From Candidatus Multivorans sp. (GTDB lineage Bacteria; Acidobacteriota; Thermoanaerobaculia; Multivoradales; Multivoraceae), in the NCBI GenBank assembly GCA_965247095.1, contig OZ251997.1, forward strand, positions 1 to 64,000: 64,000 nucleotides of DNA. Direction: 5' to 3'. Below the pieces are notes generated by a model. That model had not been told where the DNA came from. It ran no database searches and was given only the letters and a program-made list of their open reading frames with translations. Every line of letters begins with the position of its first letter. Within the stretch, counting starts at the first letter, position 1. The position numbers were made by a program, and so were the translations under genes. Shown here piece after piece: positions 60,451 to 64,000 of the stretch.

Positions 60451-61170
60451 ATGGCCAGTCGGCCCGCATCCGGCCGTCTCCTGGCGGTTTCGGTTCTTCT
60501 GCTTCTGCTTGGAGGCTGTGGCTACTACTTGCCGCCATGGCCGCTCGTGGCGGCCGGAGATGCCGGTTGTGTCAGTGCCGGTGAGGGGGCCGAGGCGCCC
60601 CACCGCGGGACGCGGCTGACCTTGGAGATCGCCCCGCTGGATCGCGACTCGGTCCAGCGGTTCGGGCTCCTGCTGGACGGCGACGGGCGGGCGAGCTACT
60701 CCACCGCGTTTCGTGTGACCAGTTGTCTGTTCTTCTCGATGTCGGACCTCGAAGAGTTGGATCGACTCTGGGCGAACGACGAACTGCTCGCGGGCGCGCC
60801 TCAGGCGTGCGGGCCGCGGTTGTCCTTCGTGGATGGCGGGCCGCTTCCAGAGCGTTGGAACTTCAGGAACTGCGGTCCCCACTACCGTTTGGACGATGCC
60901 GACACTTGCCGGTCGGCCGGCGTGGCGATGGCAGGTCGGGCGGCATCGTCGATGCGCAACGTTTGGCTCGAGTACGTCGGACCGGGGGAGGATCCCCACC
61001 TGGACTTCCGGTGGGATCTGGCTTCGCCATTGCCGGAGCTCTACGAGGAGACGCTGGTCGAGACTCTCGGTGTTCTGTGCTCCAGGAGCGGTGAGTTGGC
61101 CGTTGCGCTCCGGGAGCGTCTCCCGGGACGCTTGGCGAAGCAGATCGACTGCCGGCCGGCTGCGCGCTGA
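60451..61170 (+). CDS. Cys-rich lipoprotein (paralog B)
   Basis: Lipobox LGGC; homologous C-terminus; multiple Cys. Confidence 0.65.
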   Translation: MASRPASGRLLAVSVLLLLLGGCGYYLPPWPLVAAGDAGCVSAGEGAEAPHRGTRLTLEIAPLDRDSVQRFGLLLDGDGRASYSTAFRVTSCLFFSMSDLEELDRLWANDELLAGAPQACGPRLSFVDGGPLPERWNFRNCGPHYRLDDADTCRSAGVAMAGRAASSMRNVWLEYVGPGEDPHLDFRWDLASPLPELYEETLVETLGVLCSRSGELAVALRERLPGRLAKQIDCRPAAR

Positions 61171-61174
61171 GGAG

Positions 61175-62590
61175 TCACGCCGCGTTCGCTGCCTCGAACG
61201 CGGCCGCGATGGCGAGGGTCTTTCGGTCGCTGCCGCGCGGAGTCACGATCTGGATGCCCACGGGCAGGCCGGATGGCCCGATGCCGCAGGGCACCGAGAT
61301 GGCCGGGCAGCCGGTGACGGTGATCGAGTAGCAGGAGGCCATCCAGTCGGTGTAGGTCGTCATCGGCTGGCCTTCGATCTCGGTGGGGTAGGCCTGGTCG
61401 ACGTTGAAAGGCAGCACTTGAACGGTGGGTAGCAGCAGGGCGTCGTACTTCTCGAAGAACTCGACCACCCTGCAGTGAAGGCGGGTGCGTTCGGCCTGGG
61501 CGGCCGCGATCTCAGGCCCGGTGAGCGCGAGGCCGCGCTCGATCTCCTCGATCACGGTGTCCTTCATCTGGTCGCGGTGTTTGGCGAGCAGGGGCCCGAG
61601 CTTGTCGGCGAAGAGGTTGGCCCGGAGGGTGCGGAAGATACGGCTGGCGCCGGAGAGGTCGGGCGCGGCGTCCTCGATGTCGGCGCCGAGGTCTCGGAAG
61701 GTCGAGAGGGCGGCCGTGCAGACCTCGACGACTTCGAGTTCGACCGGGTAGCGGCCGAGGTCGGGGGTCCAGGCCAGTCGGAGGCCGCGAAAATCGGCAG
61801 GCTCGACCGGGTGGAAGGGTGTGGCAGGCGTACGAAGCGCGATCGGATCCCTGGGGTCTGGCCCGGCGATGACCGAAAACAGCAGCGCCGCGTCGGCGAC
61901 GTTGCGGCCCATCGGACCCAGCACGGCGAGGTCATCCCAGCCCTGTTCGGGCGGCACCCGCGGCACCCGCCCCGGGGTCGGCCGGAAGCCGACCACGCCG
62001 CAGAAGCTGGCCGGGTTGCGGAGCGAGCCGCCGAGGTCGCTGCCGTCGGCGATGGGCAGCATGCCGCTCGCCAGCGCCGCCGCCGCGCCGCCGCTCGAAC
62101 CGCCGCATGTGCGGCTCGGGTCCCAGGGATTGCGGGTCTTGCCGAACACCGGATTGAAGGTCTGCGACCCGGCGCCGAACTCCGGTGTGTTCGTCTTGCC
62201 GATGACGATCGCGCCGGCGTCGCGGATGCGCTCGACGATCAGGGCGTCGATGCCGGGCACGTTGTCCGCGAAGATCGGCGAGCCGAAGGTGGTGCGGATG
62301 CCCTTTGTCGGGACCAGGTCCTTGACGGCGGTCGGCAGGCCGAGGAGGGGTTTCGCGGCGGCGGCCTCGGGGTGGCGGCGGCGGAGGTCGTCGGCTGCCA
62401 GCGCATCGGCCCGGGCCCGGTCGGGGTCCAGAGTGCAGATCGCGTTGAGTTCGGGGTTGCGCTCGTCGATCCAGTCGAGGTGGGTGTCGAGGACTTCGAC
62501 GGCCGAAACCTCGCCGCGTGCGATGAGCGCGGCGAGGTCGACGGCGGAGCGGGTGCAGAGGTCGGGGGCGCCGGATGTGGCTGCCGTCAC
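61175..62590 (-). CDS. Amidase signature family enzyme
   Basis: PLLGLPTAVKD, GKTNTPEFG, GGSSGGAA, GSDLGGSLRNPA. Confidence 0.93.
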   Translation of the reverse strand: MTAATSGAPDLCTRSAVDLAALIARGEVSAVEVLDTHLDWIDERNPELNAICTLDPDRARADALAADDLRRRHPEAAAAKPLLGLPTAVKDLVPTKGIRTTFGSPIFADNVPGIDALIVERIRDAGAIVIGKTNTPEFGAGSQTFNPVFGKTRNPWDPSRTCGGSSGGAAAALASGMLPIADGSDLGGSLRNPASFCGVVGFRPTPGRVPRVPPEQGWDDLAVLGPMGRNVADAALLFSVIAGPDPRDPIALRTPATPFHPVEPADFRGLRLAWTPDLGRYPVELEVVEVCTAALSTFRDLGADIEDAAPDLSGASRIFRTLRANLFADKLGPLLAKHRDQMKDTVIEEIERGLALTGPEIAAAQAERTRLHCRVVEFFEKYDALLLPTVQVLPFNVDQAYPTEIEGQPMTTYTDWMASCYSITVTGCPAISVPCGIGPSGLPVGIQIVTPRGSDRKTLAIAAAFEAANAA

Positions 62591-63567
62591 TCGGCGCCGG
62601 TGCTTGCGCCGCCCCCGCCGGTCACGTGCTCGTCGAGGAAGGCACGGATGACCTGGAAGATCTCCTGCGCTTCTGCGGCTGAGAAGTTGCCGTGGCCCTT
62701 GCCCGGCACGGTGTGGATCTTGTTGGTCACACCGGCCTCATCGAGCGCGGCGTGCAGATCGAGGGCGTGCTGGTAGGGGACGATGTTGTCCGCGTCGCCG
62801 TGGATGGTCAGGATCGGCGGCAGGCCGGTACGGACGTAGGTCATCGGCGACACGCGCTCCGCGAGCTCCATGCGGTCCGTCTTCGAGCCCATCCAGGCGA
62901 CGGCGTAGGTCTTCGCGTTCTCGCCGTGGAGCAGATCGCCCACGTCGGTGATGCCGAACCAGTTGACGATCGCGGCGACCGGCATCTCGGGCTCCGTTGC
63001 CTTGGCCCAGCCGGGCTTCGAGGTGTCCGTATCGGGGCAGAGCCGGTCGAGGCCGGCCGACGCCGGCAGCATTCCGGTGGTCAGCGACAGGTGACCGCCG
63101 GCCGAGGCGCCCGTGGTCACGATCCGGCTGGTGTCGAAGTTGTACTGCTCGGCGTTGCGGTGAACCCAGCGCAACGCACAGCGGCAGTCTTCGACGGCGC
63201 CGGGCGCCAGCGCGTTCCGCCCCAGGCGGTACTCCACGTTGACGACCGCCCAGCCCATCTCGAGGTAGGGGAGGGCGCGCAGCACGCTGCTCTCCTTCGT
63301 GCCGCCGACCCAGCCGCCGCCGTGGATGTAGATCAGGGTCGGTACGGGCTCTTCACCGCGGGGCGTCATCACGTCGAGCTTCGACTCGTAGCCGTCGGCG
63401 GTCAGGTACGTGATGTTCGGAGCCACCCGGTACTTGCTCATGATGTCGACGGCCAGGGAGTCGCCGTTCTGGGCGAAGACGGGGGTAGTCGAGGCGAAGA
63501 GCAGCGCGGCGGCGATGCAGGCGGCGGCGCTCGCGGCGGTACGCGAAGTTCGGCTGAGTCGAGTCAC
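62587..63567 (-). CDS. Secreted alpha/beta hydrolase (HSL/BD-FAE-like esterase)
   Basis: Signal peptide, HGGGW, GASAGG, HGDAD.IVP, GKGHG; GGAGG RBS. Confidence 0.9.
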   Translation of the reverse strand: MTRLSRTSRTAASAAACIAAALLFASTTPVFAQNGDSLAVDIMSKYRVAPNITYLTADGYESKLDVMTPRGEEPVPTLIYIHGGGWVGGTKESSVLRALPYLEMGWAVVNVEYRLGRNALAPGAVEDCRCALRWVHRNAEQYNFDTSRIVTTGASAGGHLSLTTGMLPASAGLDRLCPDTDTSKPGWAKATEPEMPVAAIVNWFGITDVGDLLHGENAKTYAVAWMGSKTDRMELAERVSPMTYVRTGLPPILTIHGDADNIVPYQHALDLHAALDEAGVTNKIHTVPGKGHGNFSAAEAQEIFQVIRAFLDEHVTGGGGASTGAE

Positions 63568-63623
63568 AACGGACCTCCCTTGATTGGGTCGGGATTGGGG
63601 ATGGAGGGGGGCGAGTCTAGCGG

Positions 63624-64000
63624 TCAGCCGACGATGCCGCGGCGGCGGTAGTCGGCGAGTTCGTCGTTTGACAAGCCGAGCAGGCCGCCGAGGATCGCGT
63701 CGGTGTGCTCGCCGAGAAGAGGCGCGCGGCGCGGCGTGAGATCGCGGCCCTCGATGCGGAACGGCGGGCCGACGAGTTCCAGGTCGCCGAGGTCCGGGTG
63801 CTCGACGGTGACGAAGGAGCCGCGGGCGCGCAGGTGGGAGTCGGCGTAGAGGTCGCGCGCGTCGCGCGACGGGGCGGCCGCTACACCGGCATTGCAGAGC
63901 TCGCGCGCCAGCCAGTCGCGGTCCCGTTCCCTGGTCCAGGGGCCGATGATCTGGTCGAGTTCGCCTTCGTTTTGCTTGCGGGCGCCGGCGGTGGCGAAGC
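63624..64000 (-). CDS. 3' part of a family III CoA-transferase (CaiB/BaiF)
   Basis: Manual translation: R.QNEGELDQII..W...DSHLRARG...VEHP..G...APLLGEHTDAILGGLLGLS. Confidence 0.85.
   Translation of the reverse strand, partial: FATAGARKQNEGELDQIIGPWTRERDRDWLARELCNAGVAAAPSRDARDLYADSHLRARGSFVTVEHPDLGDLELVGPPFRIEGRDLTPRRAPLLGEHTDAILGGLLGLSNDELADYRRRGIVG

Overview
High-GC bacterial chromosome segment. The gene content (many signal-peptide proteins and lipoproteins, PQQ dehydrogenases, DUF6152, giant carboxypeptidase-regulatory-like repeat proteins) resembles Acidobacteriota; this is an inference. About 45 genes can be supported. Main observations: (1) a hidden AhpD-like selenoprotein (5971-7047, minus strand) that the ORF track splits at an in-frame UGA in an NxCxYU..H motif, with a SECIS-like hairpin directly downstream; (2) a signal-less DUF547-radical SAM fusion followed by a GT-C membrane glycosyltransferase; (3) a cluster of four paralogous secreted 'PDLxGxW...E(Y/F)xC' proteins with DUF6152, a cytochrome c-PQQ dehydrogenase and a decaying TonB receptor; (4) an array of 4+1 secreted Ig-like repeat proteins near tandem lipoprotein pairs whose loops have diverged; (5) a REP-like palindrome family, with two copies inside reading frames; (6) frequent leaderless-type TAnnnT promoters, including two divergent genes whose start codons overlap; (7) several decayed genes (toxin-antitoxin remnants, frameshifts, internal deletions). 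No rRNA, tRNA, CRISPR array or transposase was seen. All family calls come from motif recognition by eye, with no database searches.
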